Positions 7,609 to 16,640 of a DNA stretch of 32,000 bases are shown here, one piece after another. A program made the translations under genes and the position numbers. This DNA comes from an uncultured Acidobacteriota bacterium. GTDB lineage: Bacteria; Acidobacteriota; Vicinamibacteria; Vicinamibacterales; CAVVIG01. The stretch covers positions 3,048,892 to 3,080,891 of the forward strand of contig CAVRVT010000004.1 in NCBI GenBank assembly GCA_963724725.1. The letters run 5' to 3'. Every line of letters begins with the position of its first letter. The first letter of the stretch is position 1. The notes beneath the pieces are model-generated. The model made no database searches. It worked only from the letters and a program-made list of their open reading frames with translations, and was not told the origin of the DNA.

Positions 7609-7740
7609 CTCCTTCGTGGGTGAAGACACACGTCCGACCATTGATTTTAGCTGGATCCGGCTCTGCTGGCGAGGGGGGAATACCCGGGAGAAGCCACGAA
7701 GGCATTTCGTGTCTTCGTGGCTTTCTGGGTTCGTGGCTTC
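7609..7740 (-). promoter_or_regulatory. alternative-pairing RNA element: one inverted and three direct copies of a CCACGAAG core, the last overlapping the SD of the downstream gene
   Basis: On the minus-strand RNA the copies are GAAGCCACGAA (7740-7730), AAGCCACGAAG (7723-7713), inverted CCTTCGTGGCTTC (7702-7690) and CCACGAAGGAG (7619-7609, containing SD GAAGGAG). The inverted copy pairs 11 bp with either upstream copy, or 9 bp with the SD copy. Confidence 0.45.
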
Positions 7741-7756
7741 GCGGCCCGCGACCTAG

Positions 7757-8173
7757 TCAGGGCGTCACTGACGACGCCGTCGCTCCCTGCACGCGCACCA
7801 GCTCACTTTCCATGATCTTCGACGTCAGCGGTATCTCCCGCGCCAACCCGCCTTCGCTCGCGACCCTGGAGAGGAAGTACCGATTCTCGAACTTCTCGAA
7901 CACCAGCTCCGTTTGCGAGGGTCGCGGCGCGGTCGCCGCGATCGTCAGCGCGAACGCGCACTGCCGGCCGTCAGCGCTCTCGATCGACAGCAGACCCTGG
8001 TTGTCGCTCGCATCTTCCGTCACCACGTAGTTGCCGGCTGGCAACTCGGTAGTGCCCACGATGAAATCGAACGGGACGCGCACGACGACTCGCTCGCCGG
8101 CTCGCGCCACGCTGGCGGCGCCGAGGCCGAGCAACGCCACGATCATTCCTCGCACGATGTTGGACGTCTTCAT
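7757..8173 (-). CDS. small secreted hypothetical protein
   Basis: 138-aa ORF with GAGGA 5-6 nt upstream of the ATG and signal peptide MKTSNIVRGMIVALLGLGAASVARA. The motif VPFDFIVGTTELPAGNYVV resembles small secreted proteins I associate with Acidobacteria. Confidence 0.7.
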   Translation of the reverse strand: MKTSNIVRGMIVALLGLGAASVARAGERVVVRVPFDFIVGTTELPAGNYVVTEDASDNQGLLSIESADGRQCAFALTIAATAPRPSQTELVFEKFENRYFLSRVASEGGLAREIPLTSKIMESELVRVQGATASSVTP

Positions 8174-8240
8174 GGTTTCCTCACTTTCATCCTTGTGGCG
8201 CTGACTTCATTCAGTTGGACGGGACGACCACGACACGCCT

Positions 8241-8276
8241 GTGATGAAGACGTGAAACAACCGTGACAGCGCGTGA
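8241..8276 (+). promoter_or_regulatory. four helically phased GTGA repeats in divergent intergenic region
   Basis: GTGA occurs at 8241, 8252, 8263 and 8273 (spacing 11, 11, 10 nt), between divergent genes starting at 8173 (-) and 8301/8337 (+). Confidence 0.3.
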
Positions 8277-8336
8277 TCGGCGCGCACGGGCGCGACGGCT
8301 GTGAAATTCTTTAGGTGTGCGAGGCGTAGCCACAGT

Positions 8337-8615
8337 ATGCCGATACTGATTCGCTGGGAAGCCGACCGCTCGATGACGCTTCAGCTTGCCGGCACGCTCG
8401 ACACGACGTGCGTCGCGGATCTCGAGCGCGCGCTCGCGTCAGCGCGCCATGAACACAGACCCGTTGTGCTGGATTTCGGGAAGCTCAGGTTGATGGATCG
8501 GCCCACGCTTCAGTACGTCGTCGACCTCATCGAGCACGAAGTGCTGCCGGTCGTCAATTGTCCCGACTACGTCGAGGGGTGGATTCATCGGGAATCCGCG
8601 CCGGCCGATCGATGA
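8337..8615 (+). CDS. STAS-like (anti-sigma-factor-antagonist fold) small protein, tentative
   Basis: ORF 8301..8615. The segment MTLQLAGTLDTTCVADLERALASARHEHRPVVLDFGKLRLMDRPTLQYVVDL follows the STAS beta-alpha pattern but lacks the phosphorylatable DSSG serine. Its stop TGA 8613-8615 overlaps the next ATG (8612). The start (8301 GTG or 8337 ATG) is uncertain. Confidence 0.5.
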   Translation: MPILIRWEADRSMTLQLAGTLDTTCVADLERALASARHEHRPVVLDFGKLRLMDRPTLQYVVDLIEHEVLPVVNCPDYVEGWIHRESAPADR

Positions 8616-11600
8616 CGGCGCCGCTCTCCCGCCTCGTCGCGGGCTGCATCGCGGCGGCGGTGGTCGGCGTGGTTGCGCGCGCGCAGGATTCGCCTTCATC
8701 GGCTCGATGCCGCGTCGCCGGTCGTGTGACGAGCGGCGGCGTTCCGATTCCAGGCGCGACGCTCGTCGTGCGGGTCGCCGACGCCGTGCAGCTCGCGACG
8801 TCAACTGATGTCGAGGGCACGTACTCGATCCAGTTCGCGGCGCGCGCCGCCTACCGGCTGTCGGTTGATGCAACCGGCTTCGTGGGAACGATCCGCGATC
8901 TGACGCTCGCCGACGGGCCGTGCGATCAGACGATCGATTTCCAGATCGCGCTCGCGCCAAGACGCGCGCCTGCAGACATTCCGGCATCGCAGCCGGCCCC
9001 ACTCCCAGGCGCCAACCAGTCGCCGGCGCCGATGGCGCCGGTTGGGCGCATCGGCAACGGCCGGGCGAATGGCGGGCGCGGTCAGGCGGGCGCGCGCTTC
9101 CAGACGCTCAACGTTCAGGCGGACGCCAGCGCCCTCGCCAACGCCGACGCGGCGCAGAGTCAGGACAACGAGGATCTCGCGCGGCTGTTGCCCGCCGGTT
9201 TCTCCGCGCAAAACGCCCAGTCGGACGCGATTGCGATAACGGGCAGCGGCGATGCGACCAATCTGGATCGCGGATTGATGAACGGTCGGCTTCAGGCGAT
9301 CAACGCCGGACAGCTCGACCCGTTTGGGCCCGGCGGGTTCAATGGGCCGGGTGGGTTCAACGGGGCGGGTGGGTTGAATGGGCCGGGAGGGTTCAACGGA
9401 CCGGGCAGGCCCTGGTGGGTTCGGGAGGGGTGGGCCGGGCGGGCCCGGTGGATTCGTTCTCGGCGGCCGCGGCGCCCGCGCGCAGCCTGCGTATCGCGGA
9501 TCGGCGACCTACACGTTCGGCGGTTCGGTTCTCGACAGCGCGCCGTACCAGCTCCGTCCCGATGTCCCGGCGACCGAGCCGCCATTCGCGCAGAACAACT
9601 TCGGCGCGACGTTCGGCGGGCCGTTGAAGATTCCCGGCATCTACGCGAACACGAATCGCCGCACGAACTTTCAGATCAACTACAGCGGCACCGCCGCGAA
9701 CAACGTCTTCGATCAGTACGCCACCGTTCCGACCGACGCCATGCGTCAGGGCAACTTTTCGACGAGCACGATTGCGCTCGTCGACCCGGCCACCGGGCAG
9801 CCGTTTCCGGGCAATCAGATTCCGACCACCCGCGTCGACCCGAGCGCCGCGGCGCTCCTTCGTTTCATCCCTTCCCCGAACCTCCCGGGCGATCAGCACA
9901 ACTATCACGTGACGACGACGGCGCATTCGTCGTCGGAGGCGGTGAGTCTGCGGGTCGTGCAGAACCTGTCGCCGACCGTCGCGCAGGATGGACGCGGCGG
10001 TGGACGCGGTGGCGCCGGCGGGTTCGGTGGCGGCGGATTCGGCGGTCCGGGCGGCGGCCGATTTGGCGGTCAGGGATCTGGCCGCCAAGGGCGCGGCACC
10101 AACATCGTCCTCAGCGGACAGCTTCAGTACCGCCGCAACGAGACGGAGGCGCTCAACGTCTTCCCCGACCTCGGAGGCACATCGGTCAACACGAGCATCG
10201 CCGTGCCGATCAACCTGACCGTCGCGCGAGGCCGATCGATCCATCTCTTCAACGTCAACACCGTTCACTCGAGCAGCGAGACGACCAATGCGTTTGCCAA
10301 CACGGAAAACGTCGCCGGGCTGGCAGGCATTCAGTACCCGAGCTCTGCATCCACAGACCCAGCGAACTGGGGCGTCCCGAATCTGACATTTTCGGGGTTC
10401 ACCGGCGTCCGCGGCGCGTCGACCACCGAACGGAGCGACACCCGGCTGACGACCGGCTACACGTGGCTCCATCCGACCGAACGCCATCGGCTGCGAGTCG
10501 GCGGCGATTTCCGGTTCGATGCGTCAGAAAATCAGATCAATTCGAACGCACGCGGGAGTTTCACGTTCACCGGCCTCTACTCGTCCGGCGGCGGCACACG
10601 GCTCGGTACGACCGGCGCGGACTTCGCGGATTTTCTGCTTGGCCTGCCGCAGCAGGCCAGTCTGCAGGTCGGTGGCGTGACGCGACTTCGCCAGCGAGCG
10701 TTCGATGCTTACGTCGAAGACAACTGGCAGAAGAATGCGAAGCTGACCTTCAACCTCGGTCTCCGGTACGAGCTCGCGCAGCCGTACGTCGAAATCGACG
10801 GCCGGCTGGCAAACCTCGACGCGACGCCGGACCTGTCCGCCGTTGCCCCCGTCGCTGCCGGGCGGCACTGGTCCGTACACCGGAGCATTTCCGTCCGGGC
10901 TCATGGACACGGACGCGAACAATCTCGGCCCGCGTCTCGGGGTCGCGTATCGACTAACACCATCGACCATTCTCCGCGGCGGCTACAGCATCACGTACAA
11001 CAGCGGATCGTACGCGTCGATCGCCCGCGAGCTGGCGGGCCAGCCACCGTTCGCGGACACGGTCACGACGACCGGATTTCCGTCGCAGCCGCTGACGATG
11101 GCCGAGGCGCTGCTGGCCCCGACGCCCCCGACGACCAACAACTGGGGCGTGGACCGCGACTACGAGCTCGGGATGATCCAGACGTGGAACGCGACGCTCA
11201 CCCACAACTTCACGCAGAACTGGGTCGTGCTCGGCGGATACACCGGCATCAAGGGCACCGATCTCGACATTCTGCGCGCGCCCACCCTCGGACCGGGCGG
11301 CGTTCCGATCACGAGCGCCCAACCGTTCATCTGGGAATCGTCCGGCGGCCACTCGCTGATGAATGCCGGCAACGTGCAGTTGCAACGCCGGCTCGCCGGG
11401 GGAATCAGCGGTGCGCTGTCCTACACGCTTGCGCGCGCGATGGACAACGCGTCGTCGCTCGGCGCCGGCGGCGCCGTCGTCGCGCAGAACGACAAGGATC
11501 TGAACGCGGAGTATGCCCTCTCGAATTTCGATCGTCGGCATCAGCTTTCGGGAAACCTGTACGTCGAGCTGCCGTGGGGTCCGAACCGGCACTGGTTGAA

Positions 11601-12075
11601 AAACGGCGGCGTCCTCGCCGAGATCTTCGGTGAATGGGCCGCGCAGCTGACGCTGACGCTGCAGTCGGGCACGCCGCTCACGGCGCGCGTCCTGGGCGCG
11701 GCGAGCGATCTGCTTCGCGGCGTCAATGGTTCGCTGCGCACCGACTACAACGGTGCGCCGATCCAGCTGACCGATCCAACCGTCGACGAGTTCTTCAACG
11801 TCAACGCGTTCACGATCCCGCCGCCAGGTCAGTACGGCGATTCGTCCCGCAACATGATCGTCGGCCCCGGCGCGCGTCAGCTGAACGCGCTGTTCCAGAG
11901 CGACCTCCGTCTCACCCCCAACCGGACGCTGACGCTGCAGGTCAACGCGTTGAATCTCCTGGACACCGTCCAATGGGCGTCGGTTGACACGAACGTCAAT
12001 TCGGCGACGTTCGGATCGGTGCTGTCGGCGAAACCCATGCGGACAATCACGATCACTGCGCGGATGAGATTCTGA
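8612..12075 (+). pseudogene. CarboxypepD_reg / TonB-dependent-receptor-like giant outer-membrane protein, interrupted by two frameshifts (or assembly indels)
   Basis: The protein is spread over three frames: ORFs 8558.., 9378.. and 10843..12075. The signal MTAPLSRLVAGCIAAAVVGVVARAQD is followed by CRVAGRVTSGGVPIPGATLVV.. (CarboxypepD_reg). The middle part reads YRGSATYTFGGSVLDSAPYQL..GGPLKIPG... The C-terminal barrel ends ..TITARMRF. Frame changes occur near 9405-9410 and at the C5 run 10846-10850. Confidence 0.8.
9326..9397 (+). repeat. 18-bp tandem repeat x4 encoding (GPGGFN)n
   Basis: Units lie at 9326-9343, 9344-9361, 9362-9379 and 9380-9397. The first frameshift sits at the 3' edge of this array. 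Confidence 0.85.
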
Positions 12076-12076
12076 C

Positions 12077-14164
12077 GTGCGGCGCTCATTCGTCAGCGGC
12101 GCGCTTGCCGTCTGCCTCACCGTTCAGACGCTGTCCGGCCAGCAACCCGCGGCGCAGTCGCCGCCGGTGTTCAGGAGCAGTGTCAACCTCGTGCTGGTGG
12201 ACGTCGTCGTCCGCGACCGCTCCGGCGCGATCGTGCGCGGCCTCAAGCCCGATGATTTCGAGCTCCTCGAAGATGGCGCGCGCCAGCAGGTTCTCACCTT
12301 CGCGTACGAAGAGATCACGCCGACCGCGCCGCTCGTCGCCGGCGGCGCGACCCTGACGGCTGGTGCCGTGCGACCGGCGCAGCCCCTGCTCACACCCGCG
12401 ACCACGTCCGTGGCGGACGATGCGATCCCCTCGCATCCGCTGACGTCGGAGGAGGTCGCCGGCCATCGACTTCTGACGCTCGTGTTCGACACGAGTTCGA
12501 TGGAACCCGACGATGTCCAGAAGGCGGTGGACGGCGCGCTGAAGTGGGTCGACCAGCAGATGACCCCGGCGGACCTCGTTGCGGTCACGACCATCAACAC
12601 GAGCCTTCAGGTCCTCACGGACTTCACGAGCAGCAAGGATCGCGTGCGTGCCGTGCTGTCCGGCTTGTCGTCGACAGAGGGAACCGCGTTCGCCGCCGTC
12701 GATGCGAGCACGTCGGCGACCGACGCCGCTGCACAGACCGCGACCGACGACTCGACGGCGGTCGATCAAAGCGCGCAGGAGCTCGACACGTTCAACAACG
12801 ACGTGCGTCTCCGCGCCCTGCGAACGCTCGCCGAAGCCCTTCAGCCCATCCAGCAGAAGAAAGCCATCATCTACTTCAGTTCCGGCATGCAGCGGAGCGG
12901 CACGGACAACCAGGTGGAACTGCGTGCCGCCGTGAACGCCGCGCTGCGCGCCAACGTCAGCATCTACCCTGTTGACGCCCGCGGGCTTCAGGCGATCGTG
13001 CCAGGCGGCAGCGCGAGGCAGGCGAGCCGCGGAGGCCTCGGCGCCTTCACCGGATCGGCTGTCGCCAGTCAGTTCACGCAGCTCGCGGCGCAGCAGGAAA
13101 CGCTGACGTCTCTGGCCTCAGACACCGGCGGCACCGCGTTTACCGACACGAACGACTTCGGCGAAGCCTTCAAACGGGTCGAACGTGACATCTCGGCGTA
13201 CTACATCCTCGGCTTCTCGAGCACGAACACCGCGAAGGACGGGCGCTTCCGTCGTATCACGGTTCGCGTCAGGAACCGGTCCGGCGTCAAGGTCGATGCG
13301 AAGGACGGCTACTACGCCGATCGCGATTTCGCGCACACGGCGAAGAACGATCGCGAAGCGCAGCTCCTGGAGCAGCTGGCGACGCCAATTGCCGCGACCG
13401 ACGTCCCGATGTTCGTCACGGCGGGATGGTTCCGGCTGGCGACGGACAGGTACTATGTGCCGATCTCCGTGGCCGTGCCCGGCTCGGCCGTGCCGGTGTC
13501 GACGGAGAAAGCGACGCTCGATGTCGCCGGCGTCATTCGCGACGAAAGAGGCGCGCCGGTCGGCCGGATCCGCGACACCGTGACTCTGCCTCCGTCGAGC
13601 GCGGAGTCGCTGGCGGCGCGGCACGTGCTCTATCAGACGGGCGTCACGCTCCCGCCCGGGCGCTTCTCGGTCAAGATTGCCGTGCGCGAGAATAGTAGCG
13701 GTCAGATGGGCACGTTCGAGGCGGCGGTGGTGGTGCCTGAGCTCAAGCAGGCGTCGGTCAAAATGAGCTCGCTCGTCCTCGGGACGCAACTCCAGAGCGT
13801 TTCGGGAAAGAAGACGACGAACCCGCTCGTTCGCGACGGCATCCAGCTTGTCCCCAACATCACGCACATCGTCGGAGTCGGCCAGCACGTCTACTTCTAT
13901 TACGAGGTGTACGACCCGGCGCTCGACAATGGCGCGCCGCAGCTGCGTACGAGCCTCGCGTTCTATCGCGGCCGCACGAAGGTGTTCGAGACGCCGGTCG
14001 TGGAGCGGACACAGATTGACGTCGCCGATCGCCGCGCCGCGATCTTCCAGTTCGAGGTTCCGGGAAACAGTCTGAAGCCGGGACTCTATACCTGTCAGGT
14101 CACCGTCGTCGACGCCGTCGCGGGACGGTTCACCTTCCCGCGGCTTCAGATGTTCGTGCGATAG
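12077..14164 (+). CDS. VWA-domain protein of the acidobacterial VWFA-related type (TIGR03436-like)
   Basis: 695-aa ORF whose GTG lies 1 nt after the OMP stop. The signature N-terminus is PVFRSSVNLVLVDVVVRDRSGAIVRGLKPDDFELLEDGARQQV. The VWA core is LTLVFDTSSM.... Confidence 0.85.
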   Translation: MRRSFVSGALAVCLTVQTLSGQQPAAQSPPVFRSSVNLVLVDVVVRDRSGAIVRGLKPDDFELLEDGARQQVLTFAYEEITPTAPLVAGGATLTAGAVRPAQPLLTPATTSVADDAIPSHPLTSEEVAGHRLLTLVFDTSSMEPDDVQKAVDGALKWVDQQMTPADLVAVTTINTSLQVLTDFTSSKDRVRAVLSGLSSTEGTAFAAVDASTSATDAAAQTATDDSTAVDQSAQELDTFNNDVRLRALRTLAEALQPIQQKKAIIYFSSGMQRSGTDNQVELRAAVNAALRANVSIYPVDARGLQAIVPGGSARQASRGGLGAFTGSAVASQFTQLAAQQETLTSLASDTGGTAFTDTNDFGEAFKRVERDISAYYILGFSSTNTAKDGRFRRITVRVRNRSGVKVDAKDGYYADRDFAHTAKNDREAQLLEQLATPIAATDVPMFVTAGWFRLATDRYYVPISVAVPGSAVPVSTEKATLDVAGVIRDERGAPVGRIRDTVTLPPSSAESLAARHVLYQTGVTLPPGRFSVKIAVRENSSGQMGTFEAAVVVPELKQASVKMSSLVLGTQLQSVSGKKTTNPLVRDGIQLVPNITHIVGVGQHVYFYYEVYDPALDNGAPQLRTSLAFYRGRTKVFETPVVERTQIDVADRRAAIFQFEVPGNSLKPGLYTCQVTVVDAVAGRFTFPRLQMFVR

Positions 14165-15857
14165 AACCACGCCGGCCTTCGCAGAACCGCGTATCGGACG
14201 GCCTCAAGGCTTCGGCGAACGCGACTCGAAACGTCGCGTCCTCGAAGGGGACGCCGACGTAGCCGTCGTTCAACTCGACTACGCGCGACTCGCACGCCTT
14301 GAAGATGTCTTTGATGAACTCGTGGCGCTCGACGACTTGACCGCTAACCGTCCGGTAGGTCGTGAAGTACAGGATGTCGCGGTACGCGACCTGCGAGTTC
14401 CGGTTCGCGAGCGTCACCGTCCAGTGGACCGCCGTGCCGTAGCGCCGTGAAAACGTCGCGCGTTCGACGACGATGTCGCGCGGAGGATCGTGCGGCGTCT
14501 CGGGGCCCATGGCGTACGGCCCGGCATCGATGGCAAACGGACGCCGGTGCGCCAGGACATCGGGCCGCCTGGTCTGAATCGCGTCGACGACGATATCGCG
14601 GTGCTTGTAGAGCGACTTGTCGGGCGCCTGGGCGATCGCGAGTCCGGCATGGAAGGCGACGTTGATGACAAGGATCGCGGCCGCCGCGCGGCGCCACCTG
14701 GCCGAGTCGATGAAGGTCCAGCAATACGCCGCGAGGCACAGTGCGATCGGCGCCAGCACGTAGAAGGCGTGCGCCTGCGCCGGCTCCATGACGAACCAGT
14801 AGCTCGCGTAGACCATCACGACGGACGCCAGGAGAAGCCACCGCATCGCCCGCCAGTGCCCCGACGTTTTGGGGAACCGCCAGCGCGCTGACGATCGGCA
14901 CATTTCAACGAGCATCCAGAGGGGCTGCACAATGCCGACGAACCAGACGATCGCGGCCAGCGGAATCAGCCAGGGATGGCGCGTGAAGAACTCGAGCCGT
15001 TTGGCGCCGTCGGTCGCGATGAACCGGTTGATTTCCAGGCTCGCGAACGACAGCAGCCTCGCCATCGTGGTCACGGCAACAGAGGGATTGATGAAGCTGA
15101 CATGCAGATTTCGTCCGATGCCGCCGGATCCTGCCGTCATGCCGTAGGTCGCAAACGTTGGGAGCAGCAACAGGCCGGGAATCAGCGCGCCGGCGGCGTA
15201 GGCGGCTGCGTCACGCACGAGGCCGCCCGCGCCGGAGTTTCGACGGCTCCAGAACGCCCACGCGCTGTACGGCAGCAGCAGCGGCCATGACATGTGGAGC
15301 TGCATGACCCAGATGAGGCCGAAGCCCATCATCATGAACGCGATCGCCGGTTTGACGAGTCCCAGTGACAGCCCGGGCACTGCCTCGAAGAACCCGATGA
15401 AGAAGACCACGGCGCCGGCCAGTACGTAGGACGGATTGATGATGTGCGTGGAGAACTGCAGCGTCCAGGGCACCGTCATGAACCATCCCCAGACGAGCCA
15501 TTTGGGCAGCGACGGCAGTCGTCGGCCGATGTACCAGGCGAACGCCGCGAGCGCGGCAAAAGAGAGGAGATTCAGGAGGACGAACGGGGCTTCAGGCCAG
15601 GGTGCGACTCTGAGCGGGACACCGACGAGCAGACCCTGCAGCGCGCCGGGAATCTCGCTCTTCGTCCAGACGACGTCCGCGCCGAAATAGGGCCATTGCC
15701 CGGTAGCGAAGTACCGCAGTCCGATCAGGAAGATCTGGGTCTCGTCCTCGAAGAAGAACTCCGACGAAAGGCCGAACGCGAGCCTGAACGCAAACACCCC
15801 GGCCAGCGTGAGGGCCGTCAGGACGAACGCCTTGCGCGACGAAGATTCCCCCGTCAC
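14130..15857 (-). CDS. polytopic membrane protein, GT-C-like (ArnT/PMT-type glycosyltransferase fold), tentative, with C-terminal soluble domain
   Basis: 575-aa ORF with more than 10 hydrophobic helices. An acidic motif FFFEDETQIF follows TM1, as in GT-C enzymes. A soluble beta-rich tail of about 150 aa follows. The gene starts 31 nt after the BI-1 stop. Confidence 0.6.
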   Translation of the reverse strand: MTGESSSRKAFVLTALTLAGVFAFRLAFGLSSEFFFEDETQIFLIGLRYFATGQWPYFGADVVWTKSEIPGALQGLLVGVPLRVAPWPEAPFVLLNLLSFAALAAFAWYIGRRLPSLPKWLVWGWFMTVPWTLQFSTHIINPSYVLAGAVVFFIGFFEAVPGLSLGLVKPAIAFMMMGFGLIWVMQLHMSWPLLLPYSAWAFWSRRNSGAGGLVRDAAAYAAGALIPGLLLLPTFATYGMTAGSGGIGRNLHVSFINPSVAVTTMARLLSFASLEINRFIATDGAKRLEFFTRHPWLIPLAAIVWFVGIVQPLWMLVEMCRSSARWRFPKTSGHWRAMRWLLLASVVMVYASYWFVMEPAQAHAFYVLAPIALCLAAYCWTFIDSARWRRAAAAILVINVAFHAGLAIAQAPDKSLYKHRDIVVDAIQTRRPDVLAHRRPFAIDAGPYAMGPETPHDPPRDIVVERATFSRRYGTAVHWTVTLANRNSQVAYRDILYFTTYRTVSGQVVERHEFIKDIFKACESRVVELNDGYVGVPFEDATFRVAFAEALRPSDTRFCEGRRGSIARTSEAAGR

Positions 15858-15888
15858 TCGTCCGGAGTTTCGTGGTGAACCGTCTTCT

Positions 15889-16602
15889 CTAGTCGCGCCG
15901 GCTGCCGGTGAACCGGAGCAGCATGAGGAACAGGTTGATGAAGTCGAGATACAGCGACAGCGCGCCGACGACCGACGCGGAACCGATCTGCCCCGAGGGC
16001 AGCGCGAGCGCCATCTGCTTCAGCCGCTGCGCGTCGTAGGCGGCGAGGCCGGTGAAGATGAAGACGCCGACGATCGAAATCATGAACTGCAGACCGTTGT
16101 TGTGCCAGAACATGCCGACGAAGGTCGCGAGGATCAGGCCGATGAGGCCCATGAAGAGAAACTGCCCGAAGCCGGACAGGCTGCGCTTCGTCGTCGTGCC
16201 GTACAAGGCCGTCGCGCCGAACATGCCCGCTGCCACGAGGAAGGTGCTCGCCACGGATTCACCGGTGTACAGAACGAGCACGAACGACAGCGTCACTCCG
16301 GTCAGCGCCGAATACGCAATGAACAGCATGGATGCGGTCGACGGCGCGAGCGTCTGGACGCGCGCCGACAGCACGAAGACGATCCCGAACTGGGCGATGA
16401 CGATGCCCCAGAAGAGCAGGCGGTTCGTCGCGATGGCGGAGATGAGTGACGGGGAGCCGGCGACGAACATCGCCGTCACCGCCGTGATTCCAAGACCGAT
16501 GCACATCCAGCCGTAGACGGAGCGCAGGAATGTCCGGACGCGCTCGTCGGCAAGCGACGGCAGGGCGACGTCGGCGCCTCGCGTCATGTCGTAATCAGCC
16601 AT
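15889..16602 (-). CDS. Bax inhibitor-1/YccA family membrane protein
   Basis: ORF 15889..16614. GGAGG lies 5 nt upstream of ATG 16602 (MADYDMTRG..). It has 7 TM helices and the family C-terminus YLDFINLFLMLLRF. Confidence 0.9.
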   Translation of the reverse strand: MADYDMTRGADVALPSLADERVRTFLRSVYGWMCIGLGITAVTAMFVAGSPSLISAIATNRLLFWGIVIAQFGIVFVLSARVQTLAPSTASMLFIAYSALTGVTLSFVLVLYTGESVASTFLVAAGMFGATALYGTTTKRSLSGFGQFLFMGLIGLILATFVGMFWHNNGLQFMISIVGVFIFTGLAAYDAQRLKQMALALPSGQIGSASVVGALSLYLDFINLFLMLLRFTGSRRD

Positions 16603-16640
16603 GCGGACCTCCAAGGAATTACGAGTGCACTCTTGAACCT

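Noticed and set aside
6454-7623. 389-aa plus-strand ORF opposite the heme-copper monooxygenase gene. Similar antisense ORFs occur at 3335..3922, 3928..4824, 9393..10487, 10954..12120, 13118..14170, 16962..18905, 18766..20157, 23356..24324, 25667..26527, 27510..28550, 28864..29892 and 30035..31432.
   Set aside because: All lie opposite genes with strong homology signatures and have R/G/D/H-rich junk composition. They are high-GC shadow ORFs.
12470-12500. Canonical MIDAS (DxSxS) motif in the VWA protein.
   Set aside because: The sequence is FDTSSME, with the fifth position Met rather than Ser. I therefore make no claim about metal-ion-dependent adhesion.
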